A stretch of DNA of 64,000 nucleotides, taken from the NCBI RefSeq assembly GCF_964194025.1, contig NC_134473.1, positions 55,738,001 through 55,802,000 of the forward strand. The letters run 5' to 3'. Below are positions 38,501 through 52,000 of this stretch, piece after piece. Under the pieces are notes generated by a model. The model saw only the letters and a list, made by a program, of their open reading frames with translations. It did not search any database and had not been told where the DNA came from. The translations under genes were made by a program, and so were the position numbers. This DNA comes from Convolutriloba macropyga. Lineage: Eukaryota. How positions within the stretch are numbered: the stretch's first letter is position 1; the number at the start of each line of letters is the position of its first letter.

Positions 38501-40202
38501 AAATTCATTAAATTTTACCAAAACAAATAGTTTTAATGTTAGGAATGCCGTAAACTCTGAACTCTAAACTTTATTTGCGTTCCTTCAGACTTCTTGAGAC
38601 CTCAAGTGGGACCTGTCAGTATTGGGACTCAGTAAGAAGAAAAAAACTTTAGTAAAATTTATTTTAATGAAAAGTCAAGAAGAAAAAAACAAATTAGAAG
38701 TCAAATGGCCGAATGGAAACAAAAACAAAAAATGGCTCTAAAACCGAAAAATCAAGATCCAATTCCAAACTTTTTTTATCTTAGAGAACCACGATGACAC
38801 AAAAAATAGCCTAGATATGGCCTGAATTTTAAAAACAAACCCATAAATATTGAAATTGTTAAACATATTTGAGCAAAATTTAAAATGAAAATTTTTACAA
38901 AGGTAATGAATGTGAACGAAATCAGAGTGAAAAGTGAAATGTTGACAAAAATTTTAAACAAGTCGATAAGTCCTCGGAAAAGACGAAATAATTAAAAAGC
39001 TTTTAAATTTAACGATTTTTACACTCTACGCTGGACGGGCTTTCTAGTAATACCACTCCTAACTCTCTACTATAAATATATAGATCGGCCAAACTTGACT
39101 GAACGAAAAAAAAAACCGTTGAACACATAGTTACTCCCTCTCACAAGTGGGGTCGGAACAAAGAAGACGGAAATTAGAATGTTACTGGAAAAACTTTTCC
39201 AAAAACAAGCAGTTTACTTAATAATTTTGATATTTGAGCGTTTACTTTTGTTTATTGTATTGTCATGAAAATTTTTTATCGTTAACCATCAGGAGTTATC
39301 TGTTCAATATTAAAATTAATCAGCCTTTTGTTCAGCATTTAATTTGCAAAGCGCATGATATTATTCATGATTATATTCTTTTAAAAGAGTCACGATCACT
39401 GACTTCAAAATAAACTGCAGCCATCAGACCCCTATCAACAGATTATTCGGTCATCAAAGTTTCTCACAAAAATGGGTTTTAACAGGATTTTAACAAAGTA
39501 TAGCAATTGTCAGTACAATTTCCGAGATGATACATATCTTAGCAAGGTTTCGTTTCTCTGCTATGATACCATCTGAGTAAGTACAGTCGATATATGTGTG
39601 CTGGTGTTGTTAATTGAACTTACCAAATTAGGCTGGGACAATTTATTGGCCCTTGAGAAACTGTCATCAATGAGGTGCGTGGATCTTCTGATAGTTGAGT
39701 TGACAAAATCGACCGCTGAAAATTAATTTGGGATGAATCTAAAGCTAAGTATGAAACTTTTTGAGGCTGCGCTTTGGTCGCATTTTAAAATGTAAGAACA
39801 AAACGCTTACTCTGAATATAATGTCATAAATATTGTTCTAGAAAAGTTCAAAAAGTTCTAGAAAAGTTCTGAAGTAATTAGAAACAATCTTTTAAAACGT
39901 TGATTCTGATTGTAATGTGACCAAGAATGTTCTAAAGCGTTAAAAAATGAAATTAGTTGATTAGAAAAGATGAATAAAACATTTTCTAAAATGTTAACAA
40001 AACAATGAACAAAAACGCTGGTGTTGAATATAATGTGGCGCAGAATGTTCTAGAATGTTTAAATGAACGAGATGAGCCGTTATAAACAAGTAGTAAACTT
40101 GCTTAAAATCCTATCTGTTAGGCGCGTTTCTAAAATGGTTTCTAAATCATTGAGATATAATGGAACTGAATTAAAATCGGTAGATGAAATTGCTTCACTT
40201 AC

Positions 40203-40606
40203 AATCGTCGGGCACAATAGACTGCTTCAGAAACCCTTCACATTTGTTCACGTGTTCACGCAACATCTGTCTTTCGTTATTGAGGAATGAAATGTGGCCA
40301 GGTGTAACCAATGGAGTATTTTGCACACCTGGCTTTGATTGGCTACCACTACTTGAAATATTTCGTTGATTGGATGATTGGGAGTTATTCGTTTGAAAGG
40401 CAGAATTGTTGTTAGTGTTTTTGGGAACTTGTTGAGAGCTATTGGTGTTATTGTTGTTGTTTCGACTGCTCTGATTGTTGTTGTTTACTTGTTGGGTGTT
40501 TGTTGAAGGCTTGATTTGATGGTTTTGTTGATCTGCTAAGTTGGGTTTGCTGGTAAGATAGTTTGAGTTATTTTGTCGATTGTGTTTATTTGATGCAGCC
40601 GCTGAG
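40203..40606 (-). CDS. Second coding exon, 404 nt, N/Q/S-rich then helical (SAAASNKHNRQNN…ISFLNNERQMLREHVNKCEGFLKQSIVPDD); absent from the ORF track
   Basis: TGTTTCATTCCAG acceptor, GTAAGT donor, 134 stop-free codons. The phase-2 start matches the phase-2 donor at 49010, and composition matches the end of the large exon. Confidence 0.88.
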
Positions 40607-40924
40607 CTGGAATGAAACAGTCAAACTGAAGCTTAACATTTAGGAAGCAGAAAAAATAAGCCCGAGCTTAGAAGCAGCAAAGCTTGATTGCAACTAAGCA
40701 ATGAAGAGCTGCCGTATTAATGAGAACTTTTTAGAGGCCATGAAAAAAAGTGAGTTGAATGTCGTATTGAAACATGGAATTTTTTCTTCATCACTTCTTT
40801 CCTAAATTTGTTAATTTCGAGAACTAGGAAAACCAAGTTATTTGTTATAATGCCATAGTGTAGTAGATAAAAGAGACACTAGGAGTTTTAAAAGTCTCTG
40901 AGAGTTTTTTAATCTGATTAAGAG

Positions 40925-42370
40925 TTTTTTTATCTCATTAATCAGTTCATTACAGAAGGAAAATTTCCAGAAGATCTTAAAAAAGCTTGTGTAACTCCAC
41001 TTTTCAAAAAAGGAAATCCCGAAGACCCATTCAAATATAGACCTATTTCTGTCACTTCTGCTTTGTCAAAAATCTTTGAAAAGGCGTTCAGTTCACAAAT
41101 CACAAGTTTCCCAGAAATGGAGCAATTATTGTAGTCAATTTGGTTATATTAGACAAATTTCAACAATTGATGCTATCCCGAAATCTACAGATCAAATAAG
41201 ATTAGAACTCAACAAGAAAAAAATGTTACAGATGCGTTTTTAGATCTTTCATAGACTTTGATTCTATAAACCACAAAATACTGTTACGGAGACCTGAAAT
41301 TATAGGTTTTGAAAAACATGCTACAAATTTAATAGAGAATTACTTGAGTGAAAGAATGCAAATAGTTGTCTTATTTGGAATTGAACCAGAATGAATAAAT
41401 TTGAAAAGAGGAGTTCCACAAGGTACTATTTTAGGACCTCTATTAAATAACATTTACGTCAACGATTTAGCAAAGAGTGTAGAAAAAGATTGCACGGTGG
41501 TCCAGTATGCAGGCGACACTTTTCATTTTACGTCCGACACTGATGAAATTTTGTCAAAAATGAAACTTGAACATAACATCTCAAAAACTATCAATTTTTT
41601 TGCAGAGTCACAGTTAGTGCTGAACAAACAAAAAACAGAATATATAATATTTTCAGCACCAGGAAGAGGTTAAAAAATACTGTTCTGAATGTCAACAATG
41701 AAAAATTAGCAGAACAAATAGAGCGAAGTATCTTGGCGTAGTTATTGAGAGCAAACTAAAGTTTAATGGAGAAGTGAAAAGGATTCTTCAGAGAACGGCT
41801 TGTGGAATAAAAGTTTTGAAAACACTTAGTAAAATATTACCAGAGAAAACGAATATCTTATTACTTAATGCATTAGGTCATCTACTTTATTATGCTTTGA
41901 TTTGGATGGGGTTGCAGAAGTCATAACTCACAACTTTAAAACAAAAATTAAATTGGGGAATGAAAACCATTTTTAATAAGAGAAAATACGATCGGTCCAC
42001 AGATCTCAAACTTCGCAACAAAATATTACCAGTTTCTTTTCTCTTGAAATATCTTTGCTCAAAATATTTTTTTTCGCTTACTCAGCAATGATCTTTTAGC
42101 ATATAGTATTGAACCTCTCTCTACCATGAGAATAAAACAACATGGCAGGTCAAAAAAAACGATCGATAAAAGAAAGAACAATAAGTTGTTAACTGATTCT
42201 TTTATTAAGCAAGCCATTCCAATTTATAATAGCCTGCCTTCTAACATAAGACTGAAAACAACATCAAAAGCTTCCTTAAAAAAGAACCGAGAGAATATTT
42301 TTTGAAAGAATTTTTGAAAGACCCAAAAGTAACTGATATGAAAGATGACATTGAGAGCATTCGATTTTAA
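40925..42370 (+). mobile_element. 5'-truncated, degenerate non-LTR retrotransposon (CR1/L2-group RT)
   Basis: GKFPEDLKKACVTPLFKKG…YRPISVTSALSKIFEK, FLDLS, GVPQGTILGPLL..IYVND, YAGDT (from YADD), KYLGV. Multiple stops and frameshifts. Confidence 0.9.
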
Positions 42371-45300
42371 ATTTTTTTAATCCTCATGACATTTGTGAGA
42401 ACTTCACAAAACTTCACAATCCTCATCACAAAAAATTTGTGAGAACTTTTTATGCTCGCATTTTAGGCCATCTTTTACTAATGTAAGATCAAATTTTTAG
42501 ATAAGTAAATTCATGATTTTATAATTTTACATAATATTATATTCTAAACTTTACAATGCCTCTTTTACCATTTGCACTTTATTCTTATGTGTATCAGAGG
42601 AAATTAACAATGTTTTTTTAAGTCCCACACTTTTCCGCGGAAGGCACACAAAATTGAATATGTTTGAAAGTTGAGCACCATAAAGATTATTTATATCCGT
42701 TTTATTGAAATAGGAGCCAACAAGTCAGAATAGGAACTTTTTAAATTCTTCATTGCCCATAAGATTGCACAGATTCACCTCTTAAATAAACTTGAGAAAG
42801 TAAATGATCTAAATTCACATTGAGGAAGCCTAAAAAATAGATTTTTCACAATTCTGTGCTCGCGTTAGCAAAACTATGAGTAAATTTTGTGATTGAATAA
42901 ATATTGGAATTAATAGACCTATTGTAAAAAAAATTCAGTAACATGTAGACCTCAGTTCAGTCTCCTCGTTCTTCTTACTCAGTCTATAAAAGTATACACC
43001 TGGTCATTTGGACTGTTCGAGAACTAGCTACATTTATTGCCTAGGTAAAAATTGTGCAAACCGCAATTTCTAATAAATTTTAACTGAAGTTTTAGAAAAA
43101 CGGTTTTTTTATCAGTTTTAAGACGGGTAACTATTCCTTCTTTTGAAATTTGGGAATGCTGCTCACAGATTGCATTTATCAAAATACATAACTCCGAGTT
43201 CATTGTCATCGACGTACTTGAACTTCAAACTTCTTTTTAACATCAACACTTTTTCAAACTGCTTTTCAACATCGCAAAAAAACAGTTGACAAAAATGATT
43301 TCTTGTTCAGCTTTCCGAACCACTTTATGTTTGATCAACTGTCTTCATAATATATTTCTCCAGTTATAATGTTCACAAACTTTGACAGTAGTTTGAATGT
43401 AAAATAAACGTTTAATTCGAATCTCAGCCATAAGTAATATCCTTCATATAGAGCCTTACATCCTAATCCTTTTTTGAAGTTTTGTAGCAACTATTTCTTT
43501 AGTGGAAAAAAATTTTGACTGACAACACTGTATAAGATAAAACTTTTTGCACTAAAAATGTTTTAAAATGTACTGATCGAAGACCCAAAGTACTATATCT
43601 TTAAAATTTTTGCGTTATTACCTTTAAAACGGCGGAGTTTTTTTGAAAAGTCCTACCAGCTGTAAAACGTTACCAATTTATCGACACTGCTTATTATTGT
43701 TACACTATTGTAAATTTGTAGTTCTCAGTTCACGACTGCAGTTTGTTGTCTAAATTAATCTGAAAATAAAGCTCATTTATCGTGTCTAAAATTGAAATAT
43801 GCTTACGAGCAAGTTTTAAATTGCCAGATCTCTGCCTTGCTAGATTCTAGAGAGACAGATTTTTCTAAATACAGTTGCAAACTTTAAAAATCGCAAAGTG
43901 CTTGTTACAATCAAGGCTATGTGACTCTGCTGAAATTACTTCAAAATTTAGTCTGACATCCCCAACCACTGCGTGGTTCTCGAGTAAAGACAGGTTTTCT
44001 CAGTGACTTCATCAGAGCCAGGTAACATGTACTTGACACACTCACTTTGAAAATTTTAAAATCTGTCACTGTATATGGAAAAATGGGATCTTTTCTGTTC
44101 CCCTCCCCCAGTGTTTTTTATGACCCTCAGTTACAAATTATATGTTGTTATATAGCACGTTACTATGTAAGAAAATGCGCCTGGGGGTCATGAAAAATTT
44201 GTGCTCACGAAGCTGTGGGGGGGGGGGGGGCAAAACAGAATAGATCCGAAAATTGTGGCATTGTATAATTAGAGATCAGGCATTTTAAATGTTGAATTAT
44301 GATGATGTTAAAAAGGAACAACAATCAGAATTGATGAAACCAGTTGAAAGTGAAACACACAAATGATCATTTGATTAGTAGCAGGATAAGTTAATGATTT
44401 AAAAAAGTGATTAAAATCGGTTCAGATTTCCACCACACTATAACTATTCCCTCCTTTCTAAAAATAAGTCAGTTCTAATGGATTAAAGTACAACTATAAA
44501 CTAAAATGTCATTTCTTCCCCTGCTATCTCCTTCTCTTCTTTTTCAGATCAAACAGGGGCTGTGAGTTTGGATCTTTTCTGTTTGTACCCCACCCCAATA
44601 GTTTATGCACACCTCACTTATAGAGCACGTGCTATTACAAAATAAACTACTGAATCTCTTCCATTTGCGCACCCACCCAGTTAAGTGGATGAATCTTTTT
44701 CGCAACCCCCAAGTGGACGTTTCATAATTTACATAATTATTTAATATGCAATGGAACGTACTCCTTAACGTGGGGGGGGGGGGGGGGGATACATAACGTA
44801 CTGTGAGTGGGTGGGAGGGGGCACAATCTTAACAGTTCAAGCATCTACATAGCTAAGTCATGGGGTCTATAATGGGAAAAGAGCCAAATACTACATTTTA
44901 TGCACTGAAGTAATATAATTGTTAGCATATAATTGTTAGAATAAATTTGCTATAAACATTTCTCTTAATAGAATTGCTATAAAAATTTCTATAATTTAAA
45001 CGTCAAATTAAAAAGCCTTATTGTTTTTCATTTTTGACGGACTAATTATATTTTATTGCTTAGCTTCTTTCTGACAATCAGGCTTACAAAAACAGCATTT
45101 GTTCATAACTTAACTGGTAATAAAAATCACTGCCTGTGAAATAAAATGGCTTTTTCGATACTGAAAAATCCACCGTGAAACCATTCAGCTCTGACCATTT
45201 TTATTGCATTCATTATGCATGCAAAATTCGGAGCATAATATGCTTTTTTATTACAGTGTTGATTTTTTTCATTGTGAAAAGCAATAAAATCTAATAATAG

Positions 45301-47183
45301 TAGCTGCCTGGTAAGCATCCCGAAAAATCTTGCATCCTAAACTTCAAAGGGAGGAAAGTGGGGTAAAGTGAGGGCAAAAATGGCACCCTCTTTACAAGAA
45401 AGTTTACAAAAAAATTGTAAGATAGATATCAAAGGACGCTGCAATAAGAAAACAGGACTCATTCAGTTATTCTGTATAATTGAGGCATGGAAACTCTGTC
45501 TTATTTTTTCCACTTATTGTTTAGTTGGCAAAAGATTTACATTACTAATGGCAAAAAGTCACCAGGTGGTGCGACCAAAGTCACCAAAAAGCTATACCAA
45601 CAAATTTATCCGGAAGAAGTGAAACCAAAATTGAGAACTGAGTCAAAACTCGCTCCTAAAATATTTTTATTGCTTTCCCTCTAAGAGAGCAACCAAAATA
45701 CTCCACATGTTTCTGTTGGTTTTGACAAATTTAAGTATGACGAAAAATTATTCTTTTTTAACTGAAAGCATAGACAGACGATGAGCTGAAAAATTTCTTG
45801 AGAAATATCTTTTATAAGGTTTTTAATTGATGTATTTATCATCTCGTTGACATTATCAGATCACTCATCCTTCATAGTAAAAAAAAATCGTTCAAACTAA
45901 TTTTTGACAAAAATTTATGATAAATGTAATCGCCCACTTGCGTGCACGCAGTGTTATTAGTGAAGCAACATTGGTGATCATAATCATATTTAATGCTATT
46001 TAAGAGTAACTTCTTTCTTGCTAAGTTTCTGCAATTGAGTTCAACAGTAGGGACTTATTTTTTGTCAGTTTAAAACTCAGCGTTGTATTGTCGGCAAAAG
46101 TAGGGGAACATTTTTCTTAAGAAAAATCTGTTTTTGATTTTTGAGCAATTCATCCTAAAAAATTTTGAAGAAAGTGGCAAATATTTATTTCCAACGATTA
46201 TGTGATTAATGAACTGCAAGAGCATTGACAATTTTTTATGCGAATCCAGATCTTTGTTGAAGCCTCAATCAGAGATATTATAGGTCTAAAGTTTCAAAAC
46301 GTTTGCAATTTTTTACGCATTTTTATATGCGTACCCTTATCAGCTATTTCTTTTGTCTAATAAATGCATTTTAAAATATATTTGAAATATAAACAAACTG
46401 ATACAAGCCACTTCTGTATTATCAGATTTGATGCAAAACTAATGTTTGCGGATTACTGTAGTTTCTCACCATCAACGGTTTCTAAAATCCAAAAAAAGGT
46501 TGGCTTAAAAATTTACAGACTTTATGACAGCATAAAAAGAATGCATTTACATTTTTTGCGCAATGCATATGATTTTAAAAATAATTCTTTGAATTGAGAA
46601 AAAACCTACATCAGAATCTAAGTTTTGTCGTAGGTGGATAAGCAAAAAATATCTACTGTTTGTCGTGTTTTGACTTAACTGTCTATGAAATTTGAGTAAT
46701 TGTTATGGAGTAATATAATAATTGAAATACTAAAAATAAACTTCAATTTAAGTTTATAAAAACCTCAAATTTCAATTTCGTCATTTCGTAACATAATTGT
46801 CTGTCACAAAATTCAGATACATTATCTCGCTTGATACTATTAAATCAGTTTGAGTTAGCATCAGTTAGCCCAGAAAGTTCTTTTTATTGAGACGGAGTAA
46901 ACAATTGCCAGTGACTGTGATTTATTAATCATAAAACATTTTATTCGTTAGCTTCAACAATTTTTTTAAAATCTTTTTTTAACTGGAGCCCTTTTCTCCA
47001 AGTTTGAAATATCTCCCGACTACGCTTCATTATATACACTTCATTATTCCTTGAATCAGCTTATACCGCTGAATCAGTACTAACGTCGTTGATTTTTTAA
47101 ATTTCAGTTCTGAATTTATCTAACAATTAGGTAAGCATTGTCTTCCAGCAATCACGCATCAACGTTTTTGCGAAGCTTGATCC

Positions 47184-47252
47184 GACACGAAAGTGGAGAC
47201 CATAATTCTCCACTTCGTGTCCAAGTTTTTGACACGAAGTGGAGACCATAAT
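47184..47252. repeat. Direct plus inverted short repeat
   Basis: GACACGAA(A)GTGGAGACCATAAT occurs twice, with inverted CTCCACTTCGTGTC between the copies. Confidence 0.8.
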
Positions 47253-49010
47253 ATTGCATGAGGTATGTTTTCTACAGTTAGTCAGCCCAGAATTATACTA
47301 ATGAACAACAAAAATAAGACTATGTGAAAAGGAGGAAACAATTCTAGCGTGGGAAAATTTATGTGAGTTGAAAATATTGTAGCAACCCAACTACTGAAAC
47401 CTAATTGGCACTAAAAAAATTCCACTCACTAACTGAACACTGCGGGAAAAATATCAAATTTCGAAACAATTCAAAATTCCTCAAAACCTAAAAAAAACAT
47501 TTAAAATTCTTTTTGTTTTAAAAATCTTATATCGGCTGCATCCGCTTTCACGCAAGATCAAAACACTCGATAAAACAGTAGACATAGTATTTTCCGAAAG
47601 GGTGTTTAGCGGATAATTTATGTAAAATGGTTGATAGATTCATTCGGAGGCTGTGATTGGTCAATCTAAACGGTATTACGTAAGCAGGCAAATTGTACGG
47701 CAGAGTTTTTTATCAACTAGCACAACGAAGGTCTATCCGTGGTAGCACTAAATGACCTGTCGTCCCAGCAAAAGATAAAACAATCTATTCGGACAATATT
47801 ACAATATAGAATTTTGATTACTTTTATCGGACGTTCTAGAGAAAAAATCAATTAAGAAGTATAGATACCACGAAATTATTTTTCATATTGAGCTTAAGTG
47901 TGAAACGGGAATACTTATCAGTAAAGTTTCTTATAATGCGCGGTTGCTGAAACTAGCGACAGAAATAGAGGTTAAAATTAGACCAAGTTTAAATTAAATT
48001 TTACGCTTTTCTTTGAGAATTTACTATTTTCCTTAAATTTAACCATTTTTTCCCTTAAAGTTAACCAAGAAAAAACAAAAATTCATAATTTCAATTGAAA
48101 CATGTTCTGTATCTCCAACATCTTCGTAGAAGTTCGTAGATTTGAAGTATATGAGGTGCTTCAATGGCTTAAAAATGGAAAAACTCTTTCAAGGAATACA
48201 ATAAAAGCTACCATTTCATAAACATCAATATTTTTTCTGAATTCTTCCAATAAATTAACTATTAGTTTTATTGAAATTTTTGTTGGACCAAGTTTTATTG
48301 ACGTACTGATCTGAAACTTTAAAAATTTTGGTAAAATAAGATTGTAAAATTTTTTCACAATCTTTATACCATCCGCTTACAATCATTTTTCTGCTTATGA
48401 AATCTCAAATTTTTCAGATTTTATTTTTTGATCAAGTTTTTGAGAAGTTTTTGTCCGTTTTTCCACCGAACAAAAAGAGAACTATCAAATTAATTCTACC
48501 AGATGAAAAAATGGTCTCTCGATTGTTTGTTTGTGTAATATATATATACAGACAAATAGCGTGCAAGTTGACTCCACATATATGAAAACCCAAAACTAAC
48601 AAAAACAAAAAACTGATACCGAAGAATGAATAATAAAAACGATTATGCCGTAAATAAGGTTTCTTCTTACCCCGGTCGGTTCACCGCATTTATCAAAAAA
48701 TTTTTGCTGTTTTTGTTTCCCATGAATAAATTACATTTTGTATGTTGCGTTTTTGAAAGTTTGTCTCGTAGTGTTCTAAGTTGGGTTGCTACAAAAATTT
48801 GGGGTCTTTCCCATTATGCATATTTACGGTAATGGGGGATGGGTGTGTTATATACGTTATATGACCACTAAGCCGATGGGAGGGGGTATAATGGGGAAGA
48901 CCCAAAATTTGTAAAAGTTAAGTAGTAAGTAGTGAAATAGCAGAAGTGGAGTGTGTGTGTGGTATTGATGGAAGAAGAGACATGAAAGGAACAGCACTTA
49001 CACAGCTTAC

Positions 49011-52000
49011 CTGCTACCTCCTCCAACCCCCATCTGCTGATTGCTACTGCCCCCCATCATCCCACTCCCTCCTCCCCCCATGACACCGACCCCAGGATTG
49101 TTGGTGTTGTTGTTTTGATTGATGTTACTGTTCATGCTTCCCATGTTGTTGCCCATACTTGGGTTGTTTACTCCTCCCATACCCATCATGTTGTTGTTTA
49201 CGGCAGTGCCTCCAGTGTGTAAGGAAGAATTGTTCATGCCGCTATTGAAGGTGGGGTTGTTTTGGTTGTTATAATTGCTATTTGGGTTGTAATTGCTGTT
49301 GAAATTTTGCCCACCTCTATTTTGTTGATTCATGAACATATTGTTGTTTGAGCTGTTGTTATTATTGTTGTTTCCCATCATATTTTGTTGATATTGATTC
49401 TGATTGGGATTGTTGCTCACGTGCATATCATTGTAATTACTCCCCTGGTTACCTTGCCTGTAGGGGTCATTAGCATTCATGCCATAACCGGAATCTTGGT
49501 TATAACTGCTGTTGCCATAATAATTCTGCTGGTTTTGCTGGTTAGAATACACTCCTTGATTATTTTGAGGAAATTGCTGATTGTTCATTGCCTGACTATT
49601 GCTAAAATTACTGTTGTTATTGTAATAATCATTTTCGGGGTAGTACCCGCGGTTGTCGCGTTGACCAGGGTGATTACTGGGTTTGTACATCGGATTTGCG
49701 TCTCGATGATTGCTCGAGTTGTTTCGAGCGTAGCGTTCATTGTCGTCGCGAGTAGCGCGTTGACTTTGCGACGAGTATCCAGACTCGTTTGAGTAATTAT
49801 TCCCAGGCACTTCCGGAAGTCTTCGGCTTTTGTCCATCTCAACCGTTCGCTCATAGATCCGATCTCGATCTCTGTATGATGACCGATCTCGCATCGTCCT
49901 GTTGACATCGTAACTTTGATTGATCTGAGAAGTCCCTGCTTTTCGGTTCCGTCTATCGGGGCTCGAAAGTCGGTCAATTGAGGAACTGCTTGACTCAACG
50001 TCTCGATTTCCAAAACGTCGGTCATGAGGGCGTAACTCATAGAAAGAACCACGTCGCGACTCGCGATTCCGGTCACGGCCGGGTTTCTTCCTGATGTCAT
50101 CTTCGACAAATGAGTTCCTCTCTTTGTTGGATCCTAAACGTCTTCGATTTCCCGAGTAATTATCCACGGTTTCGTCGTAATTGTTGTTGATTCTTGTTTT
50201 CGACGAACTTCGGTTCCGAGATCTTGAAATACTGCTGAAACCATCATTTATGAAGCCTGAGTCGGCGTAATTTGTAGCCATGGAAGAAACTCCGACTGGT
50301 GAGTAATCACGGGCACTTTTCCCAATCCTGTCAAGGCGTCGACTCATTTTAACATGTTCTGGTGAGGCACTGCGAAGTCTGGAACCCGCCGTGGCAGTAG
50401 AATCTTCTAATGTTCGAGATTTTGATCGCTCGCGAGTTGTGTTGTCTCGGGACGACATTCGGCGGTCTTTTTCAGTTGTTTTCCGATCCCTAGAACGACC
50501 GCGAAGTTTACTTCTGTCGAGAGATAAATTCTCCATTTCAGCAGTGAAGGCGCCCAGTTTTTGATTTAACTCTGCAGCGTAAGCAGCCGCTTTTGCGTAC
50601 TCTGTGTTCACAAGGTAGTCGTGTGAGGGTGCTCTACTTCTGGAGGGACGCATCAAATCTCGTTCCATCTCTAGACGACGTTGCATGTCAACTTCGGAGA
50701 GTGAGTTCGTCTTCCGAGCTCTCAAACTTCCTGGCGAATCGAGAACTCCTCGGGCTAAACTCGATTCTAATTGGTCGACGTAAGATGAAGGCAGGGAACG
50801 TACTGAGCCAAATCCATGACCTAATTTGTTTGCAGTTTCAGGAGCGTAGCGAGAGGTGTATGGGTAGTCGGAAGTAGCCCCTCCGTATCCCCGGGTGAAC
50901 CTGCCCTCCGAATCCGCACTATCGGAGTCGCCCGAAAACGTCGCTGAGACCATCTTGGCTAACTTCCTCAGACTGTCTTCATCTTGAGAACTGATAAATC
51001 TATCATTTTCTTTCATGTAATCTGACCAACTTTCGGATGGATTCGGCCTGCCGAGTTTTAAACTTGCCCGGAAAAGCCGACGGTTCTCTTCCAGTCGGCG
51101 GCACTCGGCACAGTCTGGAAATAGTTCGGATAGTTTTGTTAAAGATGGAGAGACGTTGGAATGCGTAGGCGTGCTCTGATTGACGTTAAAAGACACTGAT
51201 TTCGGTTGAAGAGAAGTATCCAATGTATTTTTCAGTAACTGCTGATCCATTGGTCGGAATCCGCTATCTAACACGGATCTCTTTGAGAACTCTGGAGGTA
51301 TTTGATAGCCGGTTGCATGTTGTGCGTGTAGTCTATGCGCCAAATCAACAGGAAATTGAGGAAATCGTGAATTGGCACCGATTTGAGAATTGGGAACCGT
51401 CAACGTCGTTGCAGAAGATAAATTTGGGGTGTTCTGTCCAGTTCCTGCTATGCTTGGAGAATTTAAAGTGTCCGTTTGGTCTAAACTTCGTGACCGTTGC
51501 TGAGTGTATAACTGCTCAATTGACAACCTGTCTAACGCTCGACTTCTTTCTAACGCCGATAGCAAATTTTGTTGCTGTAACTGGACATCGTTGTTTTTCT
51601 GTTGGTTAATTAAGTTCAGACCCCCGTCCATAGAGACATACATTGGCTGCTGCCTTTGCAACGTGCTCAGTTGCTCTGTTGGGTTCAAAATTGAGTTTGT
51701 CGAGGGTTGTTGCTGAAAGGCTTGAAAAGTTTGATTCAATTGTGGATCTGAGAAAACAGACTGGTAGCTTCCACTCAATCCACTGTTCAATTGAGCGACG
51801 TTCTGCAAGGCCGAAGTGCCAGTATTGACACCCACAAAGGAACCAGGATTAAGTTTTGACGTCTGTGATTGTTGGAACAAGTCTTTGCTTCGTCTAAATC
51901 GCTGTTCGGCTTCAAGTTGTGCTGGTGTTGCACCTTGAATGTTAGTTGCAGTAAAACCTGTCGCAATTTGTTGTGGGTTCTGAAACGCTGCTGCCGTCGG

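Noticed and set aside
40022-40265. TGTTG…CAACA solo-LTR-like segment
   Set aside because: No matching TSD, and it overlaps a well-supported coding exon.
44548-44561. Plus-strand 14-nt exon-like signal (TTTTCAG|…|GTGAGT)
   Set aside because: No partner exons were found on the plus strand.
44618-44631. 14-nt minus-strand microexon (TAG|CACGTGCTCTATAA|GTGAGG)
   Set aside because: It shifts the frame if joined to the 404-nt exon (it could only replace it), and it coincides with a palindromic E-box; too weak.
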